NCBI GenBank assembly: GCA_964016885.1
Contig: OZ024750.1
Coordinates: 29,326,001 to 29,390,000, forward strand
From: Eledone cirrhosa
Taxonomy: Eukaryota
Direction: 5' to 3'
Length of the DNA stretch: 64,000 nucleotides
Part shown: positions 1 through 11,777 of the stretch, in pieces
How the letters are laid out: each line of letters begins with the position of its first letter
Position numbering within the stretch: the stretch's first letter is position 1
Made by a program: the position numbers and the translations under genes
Notes under the pieces: model-generated
Seen by the model: only the letters and a program-made list of their open reading frames with translations
Database searches by the model: none
Told to the model about the DNA's origin: nothing

Positions 1-325
1 ACGCAGAGACAGACAGACACACGCACACTCAGACACATATACACACACCTTTTAGGGTCCTGTCAGACTACCCCCTTCTCACGGTTCATTAACTTCTTAT
101 TTTAAGAAAATTATTAAAATAAATAGGATTTATTCATTATATAAATTCATTTCAACAGTAAATAGATTGTATTAAATAAAACACAAGAAAGATTTATTTT
201 TGTTGGATTTCTCCAACGTTACATGAATACGAAATAGAATAAGTTTGTATATTGTGAGAACATAAATCTAACGATTCTTGTTGGATCCTGATTCGGAACA
301 AAGAATTAACTAAAATTATTTCCCG

Positions 326-745
326 TGGGGAATTAACAGAGTCGTTAGAGCGACGGAATCTGTTGTGACTTTCTACATTGTGAGTTCAAATCCCGCTGAA
401 GTTCACTTTGCCTTTCATCCTTACGGTATCGATAAAATAAAGTACCAGTACTGCACGGGAGTCGATTTAATCGACTCCCCCAAAATTGTTGACCTTGTGT
501 CTAAATCAGAAACCGTTATTAAGATGTCGTACATTGGCGAAATTGTTACAGTGTCGGAGAAAATGCTTTGCGGCATTTAATTACGATTTTCTGTTTTGAG
601 TTCAAATCCCGTGGAGGTTAACTTTACCTTTCATCCTTCCTATGTCGCTAAAATAAAGTACCAGTTAAATACTAATATGGATATAAGAGACTTTCCCTTT
701 CCCCACAAAATTGTAGGCCTTGTGCCTAAATTAAAAACCATTATT
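326..745 (+). mobile_element. Two tRNA-derived SINE copies, family A
   Basis: B-box gagttcaaatccc followed by the core gcctttcatccttacggggtcgataaaataaagtaccag, which recurs more than 20 times in the window. Confidence 0.8.
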
Positions 746-1154
746 GTTGTTATTGTTGTAATCTGGTGATAATTAAAGGGAAGTAAGTCATTTTTGAAAG
801 GGAAATAATTATTTACCAGCTTTGGAAGGGAAGTAACTTTTAATAGTGGCGTTGTATTTGTTTTGCAAGGTTTTTGATATGAAATTGTGTGTTGAAACAG
901 ATATTGAAAAACTATATTTATATTTATATTTTAAACTGTTGGACAATCAATGATAAACATTAATTGCCAGCTAAATTATTTATAGAAATATGAAAATATA
1001 CTGAAGCGAAAACCAAACCAAACAGTGAGTGTGTTTTTCTATACAACATGACCCTCTCCAAATATAACAATAACTTTTAATAAGCTTCGATCTAAACAAG
1101 AGGAGTATCTTTTAACAAGACTTGATTTTTGGAATAATATATATCTGTGTGTGT

Positions 1155-1480
1155 GTGTAGCTTAGTGGTTAGAAAATTGGCTTCACAATCGTGAGGTTGT
1201 GAGTTCGATTCCCAGAGCAGACAGTGTGTTGTATTCTTCAACAGGACACTTGTTTCACATTACTCCAGTTCACCTAGCTGTAGAAATGAATTGCAACGTC
1301 ACTAGTACCAAGCTGTGTCGGCCATTACCTTCCCTTGGACAACATCGGTGGCGTGGAGAGCGGAAACTGGTATGCATGGGTGACTGCTGGTTTTCCTCAA
1401 ACAATTCTACCCAAACTTGTGCCTCGGTGGGGAACATTCTAAGTGCAAATCCCATAGTAATTCGGAATTTGTTGTTTAGG
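1155..1480 (+). mobile_element. tRNA-derived SINE, family B (CORE/V-like centre); others at 15140-15290 -, 17553-17850 +, 18897-19170 +, 22630-22960 -, 38480-38620 -, 42481-42760 -, 52400-52720 -, 57290-57545 -
   Basis: tagtggttag A box, gagttcgattcc B box, and gtgttcttgagcaagacactt...cagctgtagaaatga body. Confidence 0.75.
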
Positions 1481-2037
1481 ACCAGGTCATTTAAGAATTA
1501 CGCATGTTAGTTTGTTTGTTTTTCTGACATAACGTATCTAGGGCTAGTTTAATATTCAATGTGTCCTATTTTAAGACGGTAATATGTGATTTGGTTGCTA
1601 TTTCTAGTAGGACGGTCAACCATGTAGTGGCTCATTCTATAGATATTGTAAATACATGGGGATAATTATTCGTAGTGGAGTATATAAATAGGGGAAATAA
1701 ATCTTTTTGGTAAATGATTTCTTCTGAGATCGCGTGTTGAATGTAAAACAGTCTACATTTTAGCCATTAAAAACAACAAAAAACAAAACTAGAAAAACTG
1801 TTCTAGTCATTTGTCATGTATCTCGGTAACTGTTGATAAGATTTCTATAAATTGCTTTACAATATTTTTTTGTGTATTATATTTGTGAGGTTCCTAGCAA
1901 TAATTAATTGCATTTATTATATGTGTTTATACTTGTATTTATATTTTCATTCTGTAAGGATTATAAACAAATTGTGATGTTTATAGAACTGTGAATAAAA
2001 ACTGTAAAGTTTTTAAATTCTATTCTTAGGATAAGCC

Positions 2038-2154
2038 ATGGAAAACCCTTTACTGGTTCTGCAGGAAATATTAATGAAAACTCAACATGTACACCACGCT
2101 GCAATTATTGATATTCGGAGTAATATGGTAAAGGCTTCTTCGATTGGTTTTATG
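2038..2154 (+). CDS. PFN4: Profilin-4-like protein, coding exon 1 (MENPLLVLQEILMKTQHVHHAAIIDIRSNMVKASSIGFM)
   Basis: Manual translation. Acceptor ttcttag at 2023-2029, gccATGg Kozak context, donor gt at 2155, 117 nt phase 0. Resembles the PFN4 N-terminus (L..T.HV..AA.I......AS.GF). Confidence 0.9.
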
Positions 2155-2384
2155 GTACATAAGTGATTGATTTCTTGTTACTTAACACAAACAAAGACTT
2201 GGTCTATCATAGATTAGGCATAGTTGATTGAATTGACGCAAATACATTACAAAATAGACAAAACTTCCCAATAAACCCAGAAAGATTTGAATTTAGAATG
2301 AAGAGAGACAAAAGTAAGTGCTTTACTATTGGGTTCTCTCATTTCTGGTAATTTGATGCCTTTATCATAGTTATTATTTTATCC

Positions 2385-2825
2385 AGAGCTGGTGGATTGG
2401 CAGAATCGGTAGACCATCGGACAAAATGTTTTGTGTCATATAGTTATCATAATTATTATTTTATCCAGAGCTTAACCTTGGCGGGATTTGAACTTGGCCC
2501 TTTATGGTCTGAGTTCAAATCCGCCGAGGTTAACTTTGCCTTTCATCCTTACGGGGTCGATAAAATAAAGTACCAGTAATGTACTGGTAATTTCTGGCCT
2601 TGTGCCAAAAGTAGAAACAATTATTTTATCCAGAGCTGGTGGATTGGCAGAATCGGTAGAGCATCGGACAATATGTTTTGTGGCATATAGTTACGGTCAT
2701 TTACGCTCTGAGTTCATTCAAATCTCAGTTTAAAACCCACTGTGGTTAATTTTGTTTGTCACCCTTAAGGGGTCGATAAAATAAAGTATCAGTAATGCAC
2801 TGGAATCCATTTAAACAATTATCTT
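2385..2825 (+). mobile_element. Family A SINE copies (more at 3775-4445)
   Basis: Same A/B boxes and core. Confidence 0.8.
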
Positions 2826-3061
2826 ATCCAGAGCCTGTATTCTGAAGTTCATCATCATCCTCATCATCATTTAACGTCTATCTTCCACGCTAGCATGGGT
2901 TAGACGAGAATTGTCCTACTGGAGGCAAGAATGATCGGGTGACTGTATCTTGCTTGTATAGGACTGTATCTGGCAGGTTTTCTATGGCTGGATGACCTTC
3001 CTAACACCAACCATATTTACAGTGTGGACTGGGAGCCTTTTTACTGTGTCTTCTACACGAT

Positions 3062-3260
3062 CACTTTACAGCGTGGACTGGGTGCTTTTTGTCGTGACAC
3101 CTACATGACCACTTTACAGCGTGGACTGGGTGCTTTTTGTCGTGACACCTACATGACCACTTTACAGCGTGGACTGGGTGCTTTTTGTCGTGACACCTAC
3201 ATGACCACTTTACAGCGTAGACTGGGTGATTTTTGTTGTGACACCTACATGACCACTTTA
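3062..3260. repeat. 48-bp minisatellite, about 4 copies, amplified inside a family C element
   Basis: Unit cactttacagcgtggactgggtgctttttgtcgtgacacctacatgac. Confidence 0.9.
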
Positions 3261-3537
3261 GTGTTGATTGGATGTTCTGTGGTACCAACATAACTTTACA
3301 GAGAAAGGGTGGTGTGGGTGGTAGTGGGAGAATGGAGTAGGGGTTGTGGGTTGAAGTTACAATAATCAAATAAATATGACTTGGAAAATGAAAGAAAATA
3401 TGAGAGAAAAAATAATTTAGTACTATCATAATATCACCACTCCAGTGTTCTATATCCAAACAGTATATAAGCTGTATCAATACAGTATATAAGCTGTATC
3501 AATACAGTATATAAGCTGTATCAATACAGAGTAAGTA

Positions 3538-3587
3538 AATACCACTGATGATGGATTAAAAATTCTGAAACACTACTGTCTGCCATT
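3538..3587 (+). ncRNA. Degenerate hammerhead motif in PFN4 intron (stem I broken)
   Basis: AATACCA-CTGATGA-T GGATT AAA AATTC T-GAA-ACA CTAC TGT-C-TGCCATT; GUC site; two mismatches in stem I. Confidence 0.5.
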
Positions 3588-3935
3588 CTCACAGCTACTG
3601 AGATAGCTGTGACATGATCACAGCTTAAAACATTTATAGCGAGACTTATATATGTATATTATACATAAATATATCATATATGCCATAATATATACCTCTA
3701 TCATAAACTATACTGTTGTATTGTAACTGATAAATAATTTCTTCTTTTATTATATGCAATGGATTGTTTTATTTTAGGGCAGTGGATTGGCAGTTATCGG
3801 TAGAGCGTTGGACATGTTTCGTGGCATAGAGTTACGGCCCTTTGCGTACCGAGTTCAAATCCTGCCAAGGTTAACTTTGCCTGTCATCCTTACGGGGTCA
3901 ATAAAATAAAGCACCATTAATGCACTGGGGTTGAT

Positions 3936-4148
3936 TTAAGCCTTTAGCATTTACATTACTTTATATTTATTTTTGTATTTTCACAGTAAAGACTTTATCT
4001 CACATAGTATTGAAGCTAGATTTTGTTGTTATTTATTTTGAGAACATTATCTTAACATTAGTATGAGTGGCCAATTATGGCTGGTTTGAACAGAAAGAGG
4101 TGAGAGAATCCTGGCCGGATACGGCCAGTTTAAATGCTAAAGGGTTAA
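3936..4148. mobile_element. TTAA-targeting (piggyBac-like) MITE nested in a SINE
   Basis: TIR (c)cctttagcatt...aatgctaaaggg flanked by TTAA. It splits the SINE motif gatttaa|ttgacccc. Confidence 0.85.
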
Positions 4149-4463
4149 TTGACCCCCCCCCCCCCCCCAATTGCTGGCCTTGTGTCTATAGTAGAAATCA
4201 TTATATGCTGTGGATAAGGGTGGTAGACTGGCATTATCAGTAGAGTGTCAAAGCATGAGACAACATGCTTTGCGGTATATAGTTACAACTCTATACATTC
4301 TGAGTTCAAATCCTGCTGAAGTTAGCTTTGCCTTTCATCCTTACGGCATTGACAAAATAAAGTACCAGTAATGCACTGGGGTCAATTTAATCAACATTTC
4401 CCTGCACCAAAATTGTTGGTCTTGTGTCTACATCACAAACCATTATATGTTTCTTCTTTGTAG

Positions 4464-4598
4464 TTGGATTATAAAGATATTGCAAGTTTTGAGTATGCTT
4501 TCAAAAACCCAATGTTGGTCAGAGAAAAAGGACTGGAGTATAATAAACTCACATATTCTGTAACTCGAGCTGAACCAGACACAGTTTATGCTAAGATG
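4464..4598 (+). CDS. PFN4: Profilin-4-like, coding exon 2 (LDYKDIASFEYAFKNPMLVREKGLEYNKLTYSVTRAEPDTVYAKM)
   Basis: Acceptor ttcttctttgtag, donor gtgagt, 135 nt open frame phase 0/0. Matches the PFN4 F.KNP...R..GL......Y...RA.....YAK pattern. Confidence 0.92.
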
Positions 4599-4769
4599 GT
4601 GAGTAGTTTCTTTATCCTTTTGAAAGTTAATCTATGTGTGTAATGTGTTATGTCTTTATGCATAAACGAATACACTGCAGCAGTTTAATAACAATACAAT
4701 CAAAACAAACGGCAATAACCACACGTAACGGAACAACAATCTTTTAAGAACCAACAATCCAACACACTA

Positions 4770-5349
4770 ACTCGAACTGTGAACTTGAACTCCAACTTTG
4801 ACTATCAACACACGAACTGTGGAACTAGTACCAACTTTGACTATCAACACACGAACTATGGAACTAGTACCAACTTTGACTATCAACACATGAACTGTGG
4901 AACTAGTACCAACTTTGACTATCAACACACGAACTGTGGAACTAGTACCAACTTTGACTATTAACACACGAACTGTGGAACTAGTACCAGCTTCGCCTAT
5001 CAACACACGAACTGTGGAACTAGTACCAACTTTGACTATCAACACACGAACTGTGGAACTAGTACCAACTTTGACTATCAACACACGAACTGTGGAACTA
5101 GTACCAACTTTGACTATCAACACACGAACTGTGGAACTAGTACCAACTTTGACTATCAACACACGAACTGTGGAACTAGTACCAACTTTGACTATCAACA
5201 CACCAACTGTGGAACTAGTACCAACTTTGACTATCAACACACGAACTGTGGAATTAGTACCAACTTTGACTATCAACACACGAACTGTGGAACTAGTACC
5301 AACTTTGACTATCAACACACGAACTGTGGAACTCGTACCAACTTTGACG
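4770..5349. repeat. 39-bp minisatellite, about 15 copies
   Basis: Unit ccaactttgactatcaacacacgaactgtggaactagta. Confidence 0.95.
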
Positions 5350-5540
5350 ATTTTTTTCTCCAGCAGTCGCATATCCTCTGCAGTTCCTGCCCATGTCTCA
5401 CTACCATGCAGCATCATGCACCTCACACAGGCATCATATAACCGGCCACTCGTATGCAGGGAGAAACCCTTCTTCATCAGCAGAGGAAGCATCTCCCTAA
5501 ACTTCTTCCAACCCGTCCTTATTCTAGATACTATGGCTTA
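5350..5540 (-). mobile_element. RTE-type LINE ORF2 fragment
   Basis: Translation ...RTGWKKFREMLPLL..KGFSL...GRLYDACVRCMMLHGSETW, typical of the region after RT in RTE LINEs. Confidence 0.8.
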
Positions 5541-5772
5541 AACGAAGCTAATTTTAACTTGTTGACTTAAAATTCTTGTTTTTGTAACAACTATGTATAT
5601 ATATAACTGCAATTCGTCAGATTCATCGAGTGAGCTAGGCGCTGGCCGTGGGAAGCTGAATCTATACCAGCGGTCTTTGTTACACACACACACATATATA
5701 TATACATACATATATGTAAGTTTTAGAGGTGCAAATTGATTGCGTCTTAGGCGTGAGTCTAGATGTTAACAC

Positions 5773-5820
5773 ATATCTGAGGAGCTGTCAATTCCAGAGT
5801 CAGTGAACCATATGTAATAT
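5773..5820 (+). ncRNA. Degenerate hammerhead motif in PFN4 intron (A15.1 mutated to C)
   Basis: ATAT-CTGAGGA-GCTG..CAGT-GAA-CCATATGT-A-ATAT. Lies between TA-rich tracts. Confidence 0.5.
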
Positions 5821-6275
5821 AGAATTAAATATGTATATGATGCAAAACTGATTCTTTGTTCCCTTATATATTATTATATATGTGTATATTTATTCATTTC
5901 ATTTACTGGCAATATTTTCATTTTGTGCTACTTCTCACACAATCCGTTTCATTTTAAATAGTTTTTTTTTTTTTTTTTATGAAATTCATGTATTAACTGT
6001 TTACTTGTTCTGTATTCTCAACAGCAGTATAGTATCTGCTAATCATCTTTAAAAAAATAGTAGTTTAGATTTGCAACTAACAGATAATATCAGCAACAGA
6101 AAGACCAATGGAAACATGGTTTCCTTGGTTCAGTCTGACAACCAGCTCTGGTGGTGAGTTTAGTTTTGTAGGATAAAAGTAGAATTGTTTCTTTTCTGTG
6201 TGAATATAAAGATGAAATTGCAAGCATGAGACATCAACCAACTCAGCCAAAACAATGTGTCTGTGTCTATTCCAG

Positions 6276-6381
6276 GATAAAAAAGGGATTATTATGGTAA
6301 AGACCAATACATTCATGATTATAGCCACTTATACTGATAACATGTATCCGAGTGTATGTATTGAAGCTGTTGAAAGAATGG
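6276..6381 (+). CDS. PFN4: Profilin-4-like, coding exon 3 (DKKGIIMVKTNTFMIIATYTDNMYPSVCIEAVERM)
   Basis: Acceptor ttccag, donor gtgagt, 106 nt phase 0/1. The ATY..MYPS.C.EA.E motif is characteristic of profilin-4. Confidence 0.93.
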
Positions 6382-6774
6382 GTGAGTAGGATTTTTTTCT
6401 TCTTACAATTGAAATCCTTTTGACATTTTGTCTGTTTATACATTGATGTTACTAGGAAATGGGTGGGGTAAGTTCTATATCAAATTTCTGTCTGTTTATA
6501 CACAGATACTACTGCAAAGTGTGTGAGAAATCTTTAACATCTTGTTTATGTTTATACACTAATGTTACTAGGTAGTGTGTGGGGAAAGTTCTATATCAGA
6601 TTTCTCTGCTCTAAAATAACTTGAACTTCAGAACCTTGAGGGCTGAAACTAAATTTATCTTGTGTGCGACAAGAGACAATGCCTTATATTGTTGTTGCTC
6701 TGCTTATGGTTAGTTCTGATCTATCAGACCTATAATCAAAGACCATCTCATCGTTTTCCAAGAAACAGAAGTAA

Positions 6775-7640
6775 ACAATCCATTGTCTGGTTTAACAGCA
6801 CCAAGACATGAGAGTAAACTTAATCCATTGTCTGGTTTAACATCACCAAGACATGAGAGTAAACTTAATCCATTGTCTGGTTTAACATCACCAAGACATG
6901 ATAGTAAACTTAATCCATTATCTGGTTTAACATCACCAAGACATGATAGTAAACTTAATCCATTATCTGGTTTAACAGCACCAAGATATGATAGTAAACT
7001 TAATCCATTGTCTGGTTTAACATCACCAAGACATGATAGTAAACTTAATCCATTGTCTGGTTTAACATCACCAAGATATGATAGTAAACTTAATCCATTG
7101 TCTGGTTTAACATCACCAAGACATGATAGTAAACTTAATCCATTGTCTGGTTTAACACCACCAAGACATGATAGTAAACTTAATCCATTGTCTGGTTTAA
7201 CATCACCAAGACATGATAGTAAACTTAATCCATTGTCTGGTTTAACATCACCAAGATATGATAGTAAACTTAATCCATTGTCTGGTTTAACATCACCAAG
7301 ACATGATAGTAAACTTAATCCATTGTCTGGTTTAACACCACCAAGACATGATAGTAAACTTAATCCATTGTCTGGTTTAACATCACCATGATATGATGTT
7401 AAACCAGACAATGGATTAAGTTTACTATCACCAAGACATGATAGTAAACTTAATCCATTGTCTGGTTTAACAGCACCAAGACATGATAGTAAACTTAATC
7501 CATTGTCTGGTTTAACATCACCAAGACATGATAGTAAACTTAATCCATTATCTGGTTTAACATCACCAAGACATGATAGTAAACTTAATCCATTATCTGG
7601 TTTAACATCACCATGATATGATAGTAAACTTAATCCATTG
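6775..7640. repeat. 45-bp minisatellite, about 19 copies, one inverted
   Basis: Unit ccattgtctggtttaacatcaccaagacatgatagtaaacttaat. Confidence 0.95.
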
Positions 7641-7664
7641 CCTTATTTATTTATATACTAACGT

Positions 7665-8665
7665 TTAACTCTTTAGCATTTAAACCGGCCAGAATTCTCT
7701 CACCTCTTTCTGTTCAAACCAGCCACTTATGCTGATGTTTAAGTATTGTTCTCAAAATAAATAATATCAACATCTCGTAGATTCAATATTATGTGAGATA
7801 AAGCCTTTACCGTGAAAATTCAATAGTAAACAAAGTAATGCAAATGCTAAAGGGTTAAATCATTTTTGTCATTGACAATACAAAATTTCTATTTTATTTT
7901 GTTTTATAGCTGATTATCTGAAAAGGAAAAATAAATAAACTACTGAAGGTAAATAAATTAAAAACAAGACAAAAAAAAAAAAAAAGGAAATTTTTAAAAA
8001 TAAAATTTCAATTTGTGGTGAAAGTTATGAAATAGATTTTATCAAACAGAATTATATTTTTATATCTTTCAATTTCTGTTATAATTCAAATGTTTTCAAA
8101 TCTTACAATTTATCAAAGTTTTTGTCTTTCTTTAGAAATATAACAAACGAGTTAACCCTTTAACATTTAAACTGGCTGTATTCGGCCAGAATTCTCTCAT
8201 CTCTTTCTGTTCAAACTGGCTTCTCATACTTATGTTAAAGTATTGTTCTCAAAATAAATAATATCAAAATCTCATAGATTTGATATTATGTGAGGTAAAG
8301 CCTTTACTGTGAAAATATAATATTATATATATAGAGAGTAATGTAAATAGTAAAGGGTTAAACCCAATTTGCTGTTTTAACTCCTATTGACATTTCAGTG
8401 TGTTATTTGTAGAGAAAATACTGTGCCAGAGACAATGTAAAACCATTTAACCCTTTAGCATTCACATTACTCTATATTTATCATTGTATTTTCACAGTGA
8501 AGGCTTTACCTTACATAATTATCTCACATAATATTGAATCTACAAGATTTTGATGTTATTTATTTTGAGAACAATTCCTTAACATGAGTATGAGTGGCCA
8601 GTTACAGCTGGTTTGAACAGAAAGAGGTGAGAGAATTCTGGCTGGTTTAAATGCTAATGGGTTAA
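7665..8665. mobile_element. Three copies of the TTAA MITE around the PFN4 last exon (7665-7858, 8152-8361, 8447-8665)
   Basis: Same TIRs and internal sequence. The third copy is inverted relative to the first two. Confidence 0.85.
7910..7938 (+). CDS. PFN4: Profilin-4-like, last coding exon (ADYLKRKNK-stop)
   Basis: Acceptor ttttgttttatag. Phase 1 completes GCT. DYL.+K C-terminus as in PFN4. Total CDS 387 nt = 128 aa. AATAAA motifs at and after the stop. Confidence 0.88.
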
Positions 8666-9269
8666 ACATACTGCTGTTTGTTCAGTAAACTATCAACACA
8701 ACTTTCTCTGCATTAGGACATTGAATGTAGATGGACAGGCTGTAAACAGTAATATAAAGAAAGGATCACTTTTGTCACATCCCTCTCTCCCTATATATAT
8801 ATGTATGGTCCCGTAAAATTGTAGGGACACCGTATTGACATACTGCGTTTCTTGGGCAATTTCACCCTAGCAGAACCCATCCCTCTCTAAGTCGATATCA
8901 TCATCATCACTTTTCCCTGCTTGCAAGGGTGGGACGGGAACTGATTCTGGCTTGATTTCTACAGCTGGATGCCCTTCCTAACACCAACCTCATTTACAGT
9001 GAGTGCTGGGTGCTTTTTTGCCATGGCACCTACACGTCCATGCTGCAAAGCATGCAGTCCAACATCTTTACCGATACTGCCAATCCAATATATACATAAT
9101 TGTTTCTACAATTACCCAGTGTATTACTGGTACTTTATTTTATCGACCCCCGTTAGGATGAAAGGCAAAGTTAACCTCGGCGGGATTTGAACTCAGAATG
9201 GCAAGGGCTGTAACTCTATGCGTCAAAGCATGGCGTCCGATCCTCTACCGATGAAACATATACAGGCAG

Positions 9270-9299
9270 ATATATATATATACATACACACACACACAC

Positions 9300-9342
<43 letters not shown>

Positions 9343-9424
9343 TATATATATATACACACACACATATATATATACATACACACATACATATATATATATA
9401 CATACACATATATATATATACATA

Positions 9425-9455
<31 letters not shown>

Positions 9456-9577
9456 ACACATATATATATATATATATACATATACATACACATATACACA
9501 CATATATACATACACATATACACACATATACATACACACATACACACATACATATATACACACACACATACACAGAT

Positions 9578-9615
<38 letters not shown>

Positions 9616-9690
9616 TACAGATATATATATATATACACATACATACATAGATATATATGTCTCTCTCTCTCTATATATACATATATAGCT
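9270..9690. repeat. (TA)/(CA) compound microsatellite
   Basis: Direct inspection. Confidence 0.95.
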
Positions 9691-11149
9691 GTATTTATTC
9701 CATACAGATTTGTCCCAACATCTATTTACAATATGCCCTATCTATTATATTGTATTCTGATTGTAGTTACATTTTGTTTTGTAATCTTAATTGTTGCACT
9801 TAAACATTTGTAACACAAACAATACCACCACCACTACTACTACCACCACACCACCACCACCACCACTACTGCTACTACCACCACCTATTACTACTACCAC
9901 TATCACCACCACCACGGCGACTACTATTACACTCTAAGGTCACTTTGCCCTTCATCCTTTGTGGTGATGATGGTGGGGAAGATCAATAAAATAAAGGACC
10001 AATCAAATATTGGAAGGGAATTCAATCAACTTAACCCCAATTTCTGATCTTATTTTATGCCTGTTTAAGAAATTAAAATGGCAGTGGATCAATAGAATGG
10101 TTAGAATGGTAGAGACATTTCCTTGAATTAGTTCTGAGTTCAAATCCCCACTAGAGTCAATTTAATCAACGTTTCCCCTTCCCTTCAATTTGCCGGCTTT
10201 GATTTCTGTGTTGGACTCATGCCAAGATCGGTAAAGTACCAGTCATGTACTAGGGTCAATTTCTGCTCTTGTGTCTCCCTTAGAAATGATCCCTATAATT
10301 ATTTTAAGGGCTGTGAAGGTGCCAGATTGACAAAATCATTAATGTGTTGGATGAAATGCAGTGTAGCATTCTGTTACAACCATCTATATGCCAAGAAACC
10401 CCAGTGGAAGGAAGCTGCAGTTGAGGAAGGCCAAGGAAGACCTGGACAGAGATGGTGAGAGCCAATCTCATCAGATCACTGAATCTCACAGTGGAGATGA
10501 TGAAGCATCAGAACAAACAGAGGGATGCTGTGCTGGAAAGGACCCGTCCAACCCATATTAGTATGGAAAAATGGATGTAAAAACGATGACGATGCCTTGG
10601 TATTAACTTCTGCCAAGGTCAACATAGCCTTTCATCCTTCTGGAATTAATAAAGTACCAGTGAAATATTGGGGTTAATTTAATCCCTCCTCCACAAATAT
10701 CTGGCCTAGTGCCTATGTTAGAAATTATTATTTCAAGGGCAGTTGATGGCAGATGAAATACCTTGTGGTATTTAAGCCTATGGAGGGAGTCTGAGTGGCC
10801 TCCAGACGGCTATGGCTGAAGAGAAGTGACCAGTAGGGGGTCAGTAGTATGTATATCACTTAACCACAGACCGAAGGCCATGGGAATATTAATAGGATTA
10901 GGTACACTGATTATTGAGGGTCTGCCAAACAAAGGGTTTGGAGGACCCTTCAGTTGTGTCAAGGACATGACAACCTCTCTTGTGCTGGTGCACTTCGTAA
11001 AATTCTGGGACTGTACATAAGTAAGATACAGACCATCCAACCCCATCCCATTCTGACTAGTTTGGGACCATACATTAGCGAGATGCAGGACACTCACTCC
11101 ACTGGCCTGTCTCATATGTCAGTAGCCCCACTTCAGTACTGACTTAGTC

Positions 11150-11181
<32 letters not shown>

Positions 11182-11195
11182 CCTATACACATATA

Positions 11196-11777
11196 CAGTT
11201 GTCCCCCAGTATTTGTGGGGGGGTTACGTTCCTGGAGCACCCGTGAAGAGTGAAAAACCGCTAATATTGGACGTGGTCCATAAAAATGCCTATAAATATC
11301 AAAACATAACGTAAAATATAGGCCAGCAAATACGGTATATTGTTAATAATTTAGCGTTAAAAAGCATGGAAAATATAAATTGCCCCATAAAAAGCCATAA
11401 AAAAAAAAAAACCACGGAAGATATTTACGATTCTGCAAATATGTGGTGGTTTCCATGAACAATTATTAATTAGATAAATAAATGAGGTCGTGTAGGTGTC
11501 ACGACAAAAAACACACAGTCCACGCTGTAATGTGGCCGTGTAGGTAACATGGTAAAAACCTCCACACTGTAAACGTGGTTGGTGTTAGGAAGGGCATCCA
11601 GCTGTAGAAAACCCGCCAGACAGTCCTGAGCAAGACAACCAATCTTGCCTCAAGTGGGACAATTCCCGTCCAGACCCATGCTGGCGTGGAAGATGGACGT
11701 TAAACGATGATGATGATGATGATGATTCTGAGGAAAATTCAGCGAATAACCGGGACAGAGAATGCTAGGGTACACTG
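11196..11777. mobile_element. Tigger/pogo-like MITE with a nested SINE (about 11487-11727)
   Basis: TA-CAGT...ACTG-TA ends with degenerate TIRs. Confidence 0.55.

Noticed and set aside
5540-5627. Minus-strand CTGACGA followed by two hairpins (possible further hammerhead)
   Set aside because: GAAA reads AAAA and stem I cannot be closed because it abuts the LINE junction. Too degenerate to call.
6710-7411. Long repeat ORFs on both strands (233 and 202 aa); similar ones at 33464-34152 and 45665-46160
   Set aside because: Minisatellite artefacts with no splice or homology support; 6710-7411 lies inside a PFN4 intron.
10780-11145. GC-richer segment with three short ORFs
   Set aside because: No recognisable motif or splice structure; probably a decayed repeat that cannot be classified by eye.
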